NCBI GenBank assembly: GCA_000025185.1
Contig: CP001848.1
Span: 5,010,001 to 5,042,000, forward strand
Direction: 5' to 3'
Source of the DNA: Pirellula staleyi DSM 6068
GTDB lineage: Bacteria; Planctomycetota; Planctomycetia; Pirellulales; Pirellulaceae
Length of the DNA: 32,000 nucleotides
Shown here: positions 23,872 through 32,000 of the stretch, in pieces
How positions within the stretch are numbered: position 1 is the stretch's first letter
How the letters are laid out: the number at the start of each line of letters is the position of its first letter
Translations under genes and position numbers: made by a program
The notes under the pieces: model-generated
Database searches by the model: none
Told to the model about the DNA's origin: nothing
Seen by the model: only the letters and a program-made list of their open reading frames with translations

Positions 23872-26784
23872 ATGCAGCGTCCGCAGGACAACCCGAAGCA
23901 GCGACACGAGAAGCAGAGCCTTCTAGCGCGCCTTCGTAAGTTTGAAACCTACGAAGATCGTCTCGCCATGACCGCGCAGTCGGCTGTGGCCGACTTCTGG
24001 ATTGCCAGCGACGATCGCGCAATCGAAACACATCAACTTCCCACTTCGCAAGCCAGCGATGCGCGCGGCTGGACCGATCTCACCTCCGCTCGCGCCAGTT
24101 ACGGGCTTTCTGGTGCTGGTCAAACGGTGGTGGTGATCGACAGCGGCATTGCCTACGACCATATCGCCCTGGGGGGTGGATATGGTTCGAGCTACCGTGT
24201 GGTGGGAGGCTGGGATTTTGCCGAAAACGATGCCAATCCCTACGACGATGGCCCGGGAGGCTATCACGGCACGCATGTCGCTGGCATCATCGGCGCCCAG
24301 GATTCGCGCTACAGCGGCGTGGCAACAGGTGTCGACCTCGTCGCGCTGCGTGTGTTCGACGATCAAGGGAACGGCTACTTCAGCTGGGTCGAACAAGCGC
24401 TCAAGTGGGTACACAACAACAAGAACTCGTTCGAGAGCCCCATCACCACGGTGAACCTGTCGCTCGGCACCGAGTGGAATGCTTCGACACTGCCGCAGTG
24501 GGCCACTCTGGAAGACGAACTTCGCCAGCTCGAACTCGACGGAATTTTCATCTCCGTTTCAGCGGGCAACTCGTTCCAAACCTATCAGCAAGTGGGGCTG
24601 AGCTATCCGGCAGTTTCGCAGTATGTGGTGCCAGTGGCGAGTGTCGGCAATAGCGGACAGCTGAGCGCATTTAGCCAACGCGACAGCCGCGTGATCGCAG
24701 CGCCGGGCGAGAAGATTCAAAGCACGCTTCCCGACCATTTCTACGGAGGCGACGGCTATAAAAATGACTGGGGAGCAGCCTCCGGAACGAGCATGGCCGC
24801 TCCTTATGTTGCCGGCGCAAGCACGCTGATTCGCGAGGCGATGCAATCGGTCGGTTATGTCGGGATTACGCAGGATCAGATCTACGACAAGATGTACTCG
24901 ACCGGCGATCTGGTCTACGACTCCGTTACAGGTCAGTCGTATCGCCGCCTGAACATCAGCCGCGCGATCGAATCGGTGATGGGACAAGATGAGTTCAGCA
25001 ACGCCCTAGCCAATCCAACGTCGCTGGGGACCCTCACGCAGTCGATCACCACCACCGGTGTGATTCAGAATCTGAGCGACAAAGATTTCGTTTCGTTCAC
25101 CGCCGCGCAGTCGGGATCGGTTACGTTCCGGTTCACCACCACCGGCGATGTTGCGCCGCAGTGGCAGGGGGCTGCTGCTGGTCAAACGGGAAGCACGTTT
25201 ACGATTCAAGTGGTCGCGGGACAAACCTACGCAATCGGACTTGGGTCGACCGACGGCATTGGAAAATACACACTCTCCGCCACACTCGCCGCAGCTGCTG
25301 GCGGTGGTAACAGCGGATCGGGAGGCTCGTCGGGCGGTTCCAATTCGGGTGGATCCAATTCGGGTGGATCCAATTCAGGTGGCTCATCCGGTGGCGGATC
25401 ATCGAGTGGTGGTGGATCAACCAGCGGCGCGCCGACCAATGCGGTGAACTGGGGCTCGGTTACGCAGTCGAGCTACCACAATCTCACTAGCACGTCAGGG
25501 GGAAACTGGTTTCAGGTAACCACCTCACGAAGCGGTAAACTAACCGTCACTGCCGGCTTTAATCAGCAAGCAGGCAATGTCGACCTCGAACTCTACGACG
25601 CGGCTGGCAAACTCCTGGCGAGCAGCCGCTCGACTTCGTCGAGTGAGCGGATCGACTTCGATGCAGCTGCTGGGACCAAGTTTTTCGTGCGGCTGGTGGG
25701 GGCCCATAGCGACGTCGATGTGCAGGTGACGAATCTCGTTTCGATAAGCGGCACCACAGCGACGATTGGTGGCACCAGCGGCAACGACAGCGTGACTTAC
25801 TCGGCGACATCGCGCGAGCTGGTAATCAATGGGGTGTCGTACTCACTGGCTGGCACGACGAACATCACCATCCTTGGCGGTACCGGGCTCGATACGCTGC
25901 AGCTCAGTGGCCATGCCGCAACGACCGAGGAGTTTCGACTCGCCCATGGCTCGGCCTCGATGATTTCGGGCAATGTCCGTCTCTCGGCCAGCGGGTTTGA
26001 GCATCAAGAGGCGCTCGGCCAAGCCTCCGATCGCGCTCTGCTCGACGACAGCAGCGGCGATGATCTGTTCGAATCGGTTCCCGAGTGGTCCCGAATGACG
26101 ATGCAGGGGCAGGTGAACACAGCTCGAGGTTTTGGGGTCGTCATTGCCGGGGCGAGTGGTGGCAACGATGCAGCATGGCTGATCGGCTCGACCGGAAGCG
26201 ATACGCTCAACGCGGGACCGCAGGTTGCGACATTCCACCGTCCCACGAGTGTGGTGCAGACCTGGAACTTCGAGAGTGTCCATGTACGCGCCGTTGTCGG
26301 AGGCTACGATGTGGCCAACATCCAAGATTCGACGGGAACCGATTGGCTCGATTCGACCGGGCAATGGAGCTGGCTGCGTTCGGCAAGCTATAGCTTGTCG
26401 GCCGAAAACTTTAGCAGCAGCACGTTCCAGTCGCTCGGTGGTCACGACTATGTGACTCTCAGTGGTACGGCTGGAAGCGACCAATTCGCCGTGCAAGGTG
26501 CCTGGCGCACGATGACCACATCGACCGGCTATAGCACCAGCGTCGGCGGTTTTGAAAGTGGTACGATTCGTGGGAGTGGTGGCGTCGATCGCGTCGATAT
26601 TCGCGACGTGCTGAGCAACGACTATCTCTACGGTCGCGGCGGCTATGCCCACTTCGCAACGGGCTGGTATGCCACCGAAATTCACGAGGTCGAGTCGTTA
26701 CTCGCTTCGGTTCGATCTGGCCAGAAAGCCAAAACCGACCTCAAATCGCTCGACTTCTACTTCGAGCGGATCGGTGGCAAGTAA
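23872..26784 (+). CDS. subtilisin-family (S8) serine protease with two PPC-like domains, a Gly/Ser linker and a C-terminal repeat region
   Basis: The catalytic triad motifs are 'VVVIDSGIAYDH' (Asp codon 24139-24141), 'HGTHVAGII' (His 24265-24267) and 'GTSMAAPYVAG' (Ser 24790-24792). Two PPC-like beta-sandwich segments are present ('...LSDKDFVSFTAAQSGSVTF...' and '...GGNWFQVTTSRSGKLTVTAG...VDLELYDAAGKLL'). The linker reads 'GGNSGSGGSSGGSNSGGSNSGGSNSGGSSGGGSSSGGGSTSG'. The C-terminal ~330 aa carries recurring 'G(T/S)xGxD' units (GTSGNDSVTY, GGTGLDTLQL, GSTGSDTLNA, DSTGTDWLDS, GTAGSDQFAV). Confidence 0.92.
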   Translation: MQRPQDNPKQRHEKQSLLARLRKFETYEDRLAMTAQSAVADFWIASDDRAIETHQLPTSQASDARGWTDLTSARASYGLSGAGQTVVVIDSGIAYDHIALGGGYGSSYRVVGGWDFAENDANPYDDGPGGYHGTHVAGIIGAQDSRYSGVATGVDLVALRVFDDQGNGYFSWVEQALKWVHNNKNSFESPITTVNLSLGTEWNASTLPQWATLEDELRQLELDGIFISVSAGNSFQTYQQVGLSYPAVSQYVVPVASVGNSGQLSAFSQRDSRVIAAPGEKIQSTLPDHFYGGDGYKNDWGAASGTSMAAPYVAGASTLIREAMQSVGYVGITQDQIYDKMYSTGDLVYDSVTGQSYRRLNISRAIESVMGQDEFSNALANPTSLGTLTQSITTTGVIQNLSDKDFVSFTAAQSGSVTFRFTTTGDVAPQWQGAAAGQTGSTFTIQVVAGQTYAIGLGSTDGIGKYTLSATLAAAAGGGNSGSGGSSGGSNSGGSNSGGSNSGGSSGGGSSSGGGSTSGAPTNAVNWGSVTQSSYHNLTSTSGGNWFQVTTSRSGKLTVTAGFNQQAGNVDLELYDAAGKLLASSRSTSSSERIDFDAAAGTKFFVRLVGAHSDVDVQVTNLVSISGTTATIGGTSGNDSVTYSATSRELVINGVSYSLAGTTNITILGGTGLDTLQLSGHAATTEEFRLAHGSASMISGNVRLSASGFEHQEALGQASDRALLDDSSGDDLFESVPEWSRMTMQGQVNTARGFGVVIAGASGGNDAAWLIGSTGSDTLNAGPQVATFHRPTSVVQTWNFESVHVRAVVGGYDVANIQDSTGTDWLDSTGQWSWLRSASYSLSAENFSSSTFQSLGGHDYVTLSGTAGSDQFAVQGAWRTMTTSTGYSTSVGGFESGTIRGSGGVDRVDIRDVLSNDYLYGRGGYAHFATGWYATEIHEVESLLASVRSGQKAKTDLKSLDFYFERIGGK
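25333..25377 (+). repeat. 15-bp in-frame tandem repeat x3 (GGSNS units) in the S8 protease linker
   Basis: The three adjacent units are ggcggttccaattcg (25333-25347), ggtggatccaattcg (25348-25362) and ggtggatccaattca (25363-25377). They are embedded in a longer Gly/Ser-codon low-complexity stretch at about 25300-25430. Confidence 0.9.
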
Positions 26785-26851
26785 CGTTGAATTTGGGCCT
26801 GCTGATGCCTAAAGCACTAGCTGCGGGGCAGCGGTTACGATTCCTTGCGCG

Positions 26852-27640
26852 CTAACGAGCATTCTCGGCAAAGTGCGCGAGAAACATCGGATCGAGTGCT
26901 GGAAGACGCTGCCTTAATAGCCGACTGAGTGGCAGCGATTCCTCGCTGCTATCGCGCACGAGAAACTTGCGCAGTTCTGCGGTGGCAAGCGGCGGACCAT
27001 GCATAAGAAAATGGACCCAGCCCCACGCTTCGCGATATTCATCGCGCCCCATCGACTGTAGATCTTCGAGCGCTTCGAGTTGCTCGAGACGCGGAGCTTG
27101 ACGCTGTCGCACCTGCTCGATCATCACTGGATGATGCGGGTTGTCGGAGGCACGTCGATCGCGCGGCACTTCAAAATACTCGGCAAGTCCTTCATCGAGC
27201 CACAGCGGCACGTGGCTCGTCATTGTGTGCAAAATCGCATGCGTGGCTTCGTGGCGCACATCGATTTCGAAATCGAAACTGCGGTAGGCAAACACCATTC
27301 CTGGCCCACGCGCTTTGATAAAGAGCGCGCGTCGCGCGGGGACCTTGGGAAAGTACTGCTTCATGTAGGCTTCGTACACTTCCTTGCGGCTGAAGAGAAA
27401 CAGATGCACTTTCTCCTCTTGCGGTGGAAGTTCGAGCATCGCTGCGATGTCGAAACCGAGCTGCGCCACCTCCTCGAGCAACTGCTGATGCGGCTCGAGA
27501 GAAAAGTCGGCATGCCACAGCAGATTGCCCACGGCTTGTTCCGCAGGCCAAGTTGCCGCCGCATGTCCCTCGCGCACGATCGCACATGCACCAATGAGTG
27601 CCAGGAGCATTTCGCGACGTGTCAGGGATGGAAGCATCAC
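26852..27640 (-). CDS. DUF1570-like HExxH protein (short paralogue of 7763..9256)
   Basis: 'IDVRHEATHAILHTMTSHVPLWLDEGLAEYFEVP' aligns by eye with 'STIAHEGAHQVLHNIG...WISEGIAEYFAPT' of the other copy. The N-terminus 'LTRREMLLALIGACAIVREGHAAA' looks like a TAT/Sec export signal. Confidence 0.75.
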   Translation of the reverse strand: MMLPSLTRREMLLALIGACAIVREGHAAATWPAEQAVGNLLWHADFSLEPHQQLLEEVAQLGFDIAAMLELPPQEEKVHLFLFSRKEVYEAYMKQYFPKVPARRALFIKARGPGMVFAYRSFDFEIDVRHEATHAILHTMTSHVPLWLDEGLAEYFEVPRDRRASDNPHHPVMIEQVRQRQAPRLEQLEALEDLQSMGRDEYREAWGWVHFLMHGPPLATAELRKFLVRDSSEESLPLSRLLRQRLPALDPMFLAHFAENAR

Positions 27641-27694
27641 AGTAGCTGGGTGGTCGGAAATTACGGGAATCGGAAGAGCGCTGCGGTTATGTTT

Positions 27695-28504
27695 TTAGGC
27701 GACGCGTCGCCAGGAATTCCAAAACGAAGTCGGTTTCGAAGCCGAGTTCGATGTTAGCGGGGTGGTGCTGTCGATCATTTCCCCGAGCAGAACACGGGAA
27801 GGATTGGTGCAGAACAACGCAGTAGCGCGATCGTCGCCACACACGAGCCGCACCATTTCGTAGGCGCGACCCAGCAGTGGTGGTCGACTCCGTGGATCGC
27901 AGGCCGCGGACGCTACGAAGTGTGCGAGCCCCGCCTTGAGCATGGCAAGTGTCCGCTGTTTTACTGTTGGGCCGTGATGGCCAAGCAAGCTGTGACTCCC
28001 TACGAGTACCAAAGCTCCGCTCCCAACAAGGCGCTCGACGAGTTGAAGATCGCCACCGATCGCTGGCCAGCGCTCCGGCTGCGACAAAATTCCGGTCACA
28101 CCGAGTCCCGTCAGCTGAGCGAGCCAGTTGTCGAGCGACATACTGGTGTGAACGGGGAGATCCAGCAGCAGGTGGCGACCTTGATCGGCCACCGTCATGA
28201 GCGCGCCATCATGCAATCGTTTGAGCGTGGCATCGTCGATACGCGCCCGGCCACCTGGAAGCAGCACGGTGCGATTGCCGATCTCGCGAAGTCGCAGCTG
28301 CAAGTCGCGCGTGCGCGAGCGAATGCGGCTGACCAGCGCGCGGCTGCTATCGGCGGCCAGCGGCGCCGTGCAAACGATGGCAGAAATTCCGTCGGCCGTT
28401 CCGATCTCAGCCATCGCGAGAGCGTCGTCCCACGACGGTGCTCCATCGCCAATGCCTGGCAAAAGTTGAGCATGCAAATCGATCATCGCAGGCAATCGAG
28501 GCAC
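27695..28504 (-). CDS. CpsB/YwqE-like PHP-family protein with substituted catalytic metal ligands (probable pseudo-phosphatase)
   Basis: It is collinear with my recollection of B. subtilis YwqE. 'MIDLHAQLLPGIGDG' corresponds to 'MIDIHCHILPAMDDG', and 'GISAIVCTAP' to 'GIRTIIATPH'. 'GILSQPERW' corresponds to 'VIAHPERN', and 'HFVASAACDP' to 'HFVASDAHN'. The fold signature is retained, but most His/Asp ligand positions are replaced (see finding). Confidence 0.72.
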   Translation of the reverse strand: MPRLPAMIDLHAQLLPGIGDGAPSWDDALAMAEIGTADGISAIVCTAPLAADSSRALVSRIRSRTRDLQLRLREIGNRTVLLPGGRARIDDATLKRLHDGALMTVADQGRHLLLDLPVHTSMSLDNWLAQLTGLGVTGILSQPERWPAIGGDLQLVERLVGSGALVLVGSHSLLGHHGPTVKQRTLAMLKAGLAHFVASAACDPRSRPPLLGRAYEMVRLVCGDDRATALFCTNPSRVLLGEMIDSTTPLTSNSASKPTSFWNSWRRVA

Positions 28505-28902
28505 GATTTCATCCTCCTTCTGCTAGGGGAGTAACCGACTTGTACATGCTGCCACGTGGCCCGAAACATCGGGGGCCGGGACTCTACGGAGAAGTGCCAC
28601 CGCAAGTCAAGAGAATCTTGGCGAACTGGGAATCCTAAAATCATTCTCTTACCCAGCTTATGCCACGGTTCCCAATTGACCCTAGTCGGTTAAACTTGTA
28701 AGTTCTCTGCGATCTTTTGGTGAGCGGAAAAAGCATCGGCCCGCAAGCAAGTGCTAGCGTTGCGGACGCGCTTCTCAAGCTCGCATACTCTGGCGATAAC
28801 GCCGCTTGAGATCGCGAGAAAAACGAATCGCGCGATTCCTCCCGAGCTTCCACGTTGCCAGTTGCTCGATCCTCGATTCTCACTTTTTGAGCGAAGCTGT
28901 CG

Positions 28903-29910
28903 TTGATGTACGCAGCGGTCGGGCCGATTACGGTGCATTTTCCGGAACGTGTGGAAACTAATGCCGAACTCAAGGCAGCCTTTCCCCACTGGGATATGGA
29001 TCTGATTTACGAGAAGACGGGCATCGGTTCGCGACACATCGCTGCGAAAAACGAATGCTCGTCGGACCTGGCCTATGCTGCTGCGCAGAAGCTGTTTCGC
29101 GAGCACGACATCGACCCGGCCAGCATCGACTTTGTGTTGCTCTGCACGCAAACACCCGACTATCCACTCCCTACAACGGCCTGCCTCTTACAGTCGCGAC
29201 TGGGACTGCGAACCAATGTCGGGGCCCTCGACTTCAATCTCGGCTGTAGCGGATTTGTCTACGGACTTTCGCTCGCCGACGGACTGATCCGCGCCGGTAG
29301 CGCCAAACGTGTGCTGCTGCTGACCGCCGAGACCTACTCCAAATACATCCACCCGGAAGATCGCAGCCTACGAACCATTTTTGGCGACGCCGCTGCCGCC
29401 ACGCTCGTGGAAGCAGCCGAACGCCCCACGCTCACCGCGTTTCAATTTGGAACCGACGGAAGTGGTGCCGACACTTTGCTGGTGGCACGTGGGGGTGCTC
29501 GCCCGGTGGAAGATGCGATCAAGCCTCGCCATCGCCATCGCTGGGGAAGCGACCTCTACATGGATGGCCCCAGCCTCATTAACTTCACCGTCGCGGCTGT
29601 TCCGCAGCTCATCGAAAACATCCTGACCGCAGCGGAACTTGGGGATAAAGATATCGATCTCTATCTGTTCCATCAGGCCACGCTGAAAATGCTGCAGCAG
29701 CTGCGCGAGCGAATGAGCTTCTCGGAAGACCGAATGCCCCTAGCGCTCGAGCATTGCGGCAACACCGTTTCGTCGACGATTCCGATCTTGATTGAACAGC
29801 TGCGCCGCGAGAAGCACCTGACGATTGGGATGCGAAGCATGCTCGTCGGATTTGGCGTCGGCTGGTCGTGGGCCGGTTGCATCTGGCAAGAATCGTGGAA
29901 AAAGGCTTAG
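28903..29910 (+). CDS. 3-oxoacyl-ACP synthase III (FabH/KAS III) family protein
   Basis: The start is probably the ATG at 28906. The KAS III layout includes 'GIGSRHIA', 'DFVLLCTQTPDYPLPTTACLLQSRLGL', the active-site Cys in 'LDFNLGCSGFVYGL', 'FGDAAAATLVE', the His in 'YLFHQATLKMLQ' and the Asn in 'EHCGNTVSSTIPI', ending 'VGFGVGWSW'. Confidence 0.88.
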   Translation: MMYAAVGPITVHFPERVETNAELKAAFPHWDMDLIYEKTGIGSRHIAAKNECSSDLAYAAAQKLFREHDIDPASIDFVLLCTQTPDYPLPTTACLLQSRLGLRTNVGALDFNLGCSGFVYGLSLADGLIRAGSAKRVLLLTAETYSKYIHPEDRSLRTIFGDAAAATLVEAAERPTLTAFQFGTDGSGADTLLVARGGARPVEDAIKPRHRHRWGSDLYMDGPSLINFTVAAVPQLIENILTAAELGDKDIDLYLFHQATLKMLQQLRERMSFSEDRMPLALEHCGNTVSSTIPILIEQLRREKHLTIGMRSMLVGFGVGWSWAGCIWQESWKKA

Positions 29911-30055
29911 AAAACCGCGTTTTTCGGGGTCTTCGCAAGAGAGATGGCGGCTCGCTATTTTTCTCTGGGGCTGTTCATATCGCGGCGGCCAGGTCGCTTC
30001 TACAATGGTGTGATAACTGCGCGACACTCTTAGCGCGGTCGATCGACCTTTTGCT

Positions 30056-30637
30056 TTGTGCGACGAACCTCTTGCGACTATCACCATGACTTCGCTGCAA
30101 GGTCATTTCCTCGCTGCATCGCCCCACCTCGGCGATCCGAATTTCTTTCGTACCGTCGTGCTGATGATCAAGCACGATGCGCAAGGTGCGCTCGGTTTGG
30201 TACTCACGCGCCCGATGCAAGAGACCGTAGCCGAGCTATGGCAACGCGTGACCGCTGAAACGATTGCCAACACTGGCTCGGTGCATCTGGGGGGTCCTGT
30301 GAATGGTCCTTTGGTGGCCATTCATCGGATGGCATCTGCGGCGGAAGCGGAAGTGTTCGACGGGGTCTATTTTTCGGCCCATAGCGAGCAGATCAGCCGC
30401 ATTGTTCATCAAACGAAGAAGCCATACCTGCTCTTCGCGGGCTATTCTGGCTGGTCGGGTGGTCAGCTCGAAGCGGAGCTCGAGCAGGGGGGCTGGCTCA
30501 TCGCGCCCGCCACCACCGAGCTTGTGTTCTCCAGCACCGATGACCTTTGGGAACGTGTGGTTCAGTCGATCGGGCTAGCGGTTCTGTCGCCCGCGATTCG
30601 TACGAAGCATGTACCGGAAGATCCGACACTGAACTAG
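30056..30637 (+). CDS. YqgE/AlgH family protein (UPF0301)
   Basis: The likely start is the ATG at 30086 (MTSLQGHFL...). Family blocks are 'LAASPHLGDPNFFRTVVLMIKHDAQGALGLVLTRP', 'VHLGGPV' and 'FAGYSGWSGGQLEAELEQGGWL'. Confidence 0.88.
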   Translation: MCDEPLATITMTSLQGHFLAASPHLGDPNFFRTVVLMIKHDAQGALGLVLTRPMQETVAELWQRVTAETIANTGSVHLGGPVNGPLVAIHRMASAAEAEVFDGVYFSAHSEQISRIVHQTKKPYLLFAGYSGWSGGQLEAELEQGGWLIAPATTELVFSSTDDLWERVVQSIGLAVLSPAIRTKHVPEDPTLN

Positions 30638-30676
30638 CCGCGAGCATTCAGTGCGGCACGCATCAGGCTGATCGTC

Positions 30677-32000
30677 TTAGCTGCCGCGCAGTTTGGTGCG
30701 AGGTAGCTCGAGTGTAAACTCGGCACCACCACCAGCAGCGGTTTTGTATGTCAAATTGCCCCCCAGTTGCCGCGCCATGCGCAAACAAAGGGCGAGCCCT
30801 AAGCCGACACCAGGAGCAGTGTCGGCCGCTTCGTGAACGCTCTTGCTAAAGGGCTCGAACAGTCGCACTTGCCCTGCTTCGGGGATGCCTGGACCGTGAT
30901 CGCGGATCACAAGTTTCGCCATCCCCCAAACTCCTTCGGCAGCGGTGAGCTGCAATGTGCGATCGGTCGCCGTTTTGGCGTATTTGCAGGCATTATCAAT
31001 CAAATTCGAGAGGATTTGATCGATCGCAGCGGGATCGGTGTCGACCATCATCCGTGCAGCTTCGGGGGACATCACGACATCGAGCTGCATATTCGATTCA
31101 CGAAGATGCGACGCCAGTCGCGAGCGACTACGATCGATGAGTGCGCCGAGCGCGATCGACTCTTTTCGGGTGGCTAGTCCCGTTCTTTCGAGCCTCGCAT
31201 ATTGCAGCACATTCTCGACCAGATGTGCGAGCCGATCGGCCTCGGTGCGGAGCGTATCGAGATACGACTTTTGCTGCTCGGGAGAACTGACCATTCCTTC
31301 CGCGAGCATTTCGGCATACATGCGAAAAGTGGTGAGTGGCGTGCGGAGTTCGTGGGTCACCGCAGCGACAAAAGCGCCGCGACGTTCACTAAGCTGCACA
31401 ACACGGTCGAGCAAAACTCCGGCCACCACAATCGCAACCAGGAGCGTGATCCAGGCGATGCCAAGCGCTGCGCGAATCGGTGTGAAACCGGGGGCTACCG
31501 CCTCAAGAGGTGGCAGCACCAGCTTGGCCGGAACGGTGGCGAGCAAGCGACCGAGGGGTGCTTCGGATTCGTCGTTCACCGGCACGAGCTTCGCGTCGGG
31601 TAAAAGGTCGGAGACTTCGCTCGACAAGCGCGATTGAATTGCATTCCAGTCGAGCCAACATCCTTGCACAATGGTTTCGCCGCGCACCATCACACGACGG
31701 GCCAAGATCAATTGACCTCGAATCCACAGAGGTCGGCTCACACCTTCCACGGCGGGAACCAGCGGCGAGATCCCTTCAAACGATTGGCGCTGCTCGAGGA
31801 CTTGCCGCTGTGCATAGGCCTGAAAAACCCGGTCGCGATTGGCGAGGTCGTTACTGCCGCGCGGCAGCGATTCGTAGAAGGTTCCGACCGAACTAGCAGG
31901 CTCGGCGCGCGACTGCGCTGCGCTAGGGACCATCCATCGAGGAGAAATATAGCCCGATCCCTGCTCGCCGGGACGACGCGGAGCTGTTGCACTGGATTGA
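30677..32000 (-). CDS. sensor histidine kinase (N-terminus may lie beyond the right window edge)
   Basis: The H-box is 'AAVTHELRTPLTTFRMYAEML', the N-box 'ILSNLIDNACKY', the G1 box 'IRDHGPGI' and the G2 box 'GVGLGLALC'. One TM helix 'AALGIAWITLLVAIVVAGVLL' is present. The first ATG is at 31933, but the frame has no stop between 31934 and 32000, so the true start could be off-window. Confidence 0.9.
   Translation of the reverse strand, partial: QSSATAPRRPGEQGSGYISPRWMVPSAAQSRAEPASSVGTFYESLPRGSNDLANRDRVFQAYAQRQVLEQRQSFEGISPLVPAVEGVSRPLWIRGQLILARRVMVRGETIVQGCWLDWNAIQSRLSSEVSDLLPDAKLVPVNDESEAPLGRLLATVPAKLVLPPLEAVAPGFTPIRAALGIAWITLLVAIVVAGVLLDRVVQLSERRGAFVAAVTHELRTPLTTFRMYAEMLAEGMVSSPEQQKSYLDTLRTEADRLAHLVENVLQYARLERTGLATRKESIALGALIDRSRSRLASHLRESNMQLDVVMSPEAARMMVDTDPAAIDQILSNLIDNACKYAKTATDRTLQLTAAEGVWGMAKLVIRDHGPGIPEAGQVRLFEPFSKSVHEAADTAPGVGLGLALCLRMARQLGGNLTYKTAAGGGAEFTLELPRTKLRGS

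Noticed and set aside
23228-23891. Four 60-105-aa ORFs in the long intergenic region upstream of the S8 protease.
   Set aside because: They overlap one another, have Arg/Gly/Ser-rich composition and carry no motif or export signal. I treat the region as non-coding (see finding).
28641-29151. Minus-strand ORFs 28641..28973 and 28690..29151 between and over the FabH-like gene start.
   Set aside because: They overlap the well-supported FabH-like CDS or occupy its promoter region. Their translations show no domain features.
29933-30077. A 9-bp inverted repeat, tcgcaagag (29933-29941) / ctcttgcga (30069-30077), flanking the FabH-yqgE intergenic region. It was considered as possible mobile-element ends or a long-range RNA stem.
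   Set aside because: It is short and 127 nt apart, with no target-site duplication and no enclosed gene. It is compatible with chance.

Overview
This window looks like ordinary chromosomal DNA from a member of the Planctomycetota, probably Pirellulales-like. That call rests on a dense set of phylum-typical families: DUF1501, DUF1549/DUF1553 (PSCyt2/PSD1), PSCyt1-WD40, DUF1570-like, ThuA-like, and a large Secretin_N-repeat protein. I support 22 protein-coding genes. Two are cut by the window edges: a multi-domain c-type cytochrome on the left and a sensor histidine kinase on the right. I also call four rho-independent-type terminators, two in-frame coding tandem repeats and one intergenic direct repeat. 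I found no rRNA, tRNA, CRISPR array, transposase, integrase or phage gene. Most encoded proteins carry Sec or TAT-type export signals. Four things seem most worth a second look. (1) A 1314-aa protein has at least six Secretin_N-like modules but no secretin pore domain. It carries LTxxQ repeats, Pro-rich linkers and an RGG/GGFPGGGG tail, and is followed by a secreted Cys/Tyr-rich TPR protein. (2) A tight same-strand cluster encodes DUF1501, DUF1549/DUF1553, PSCyt1-WD40-PPC and ThuA, with no known function. (3) A CpsB/YwqE-type PHP phosphatase homologue has most of its metal-ligand residues substituted, and sits 54 nt upstream of an HExxH DUF1570-like protein. (4) A 970-aa S8 protease has no classical signal peptide and lies behind a 595-bp gene-free leader. 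All family assignments come from motifs read by eye. No searches were run.
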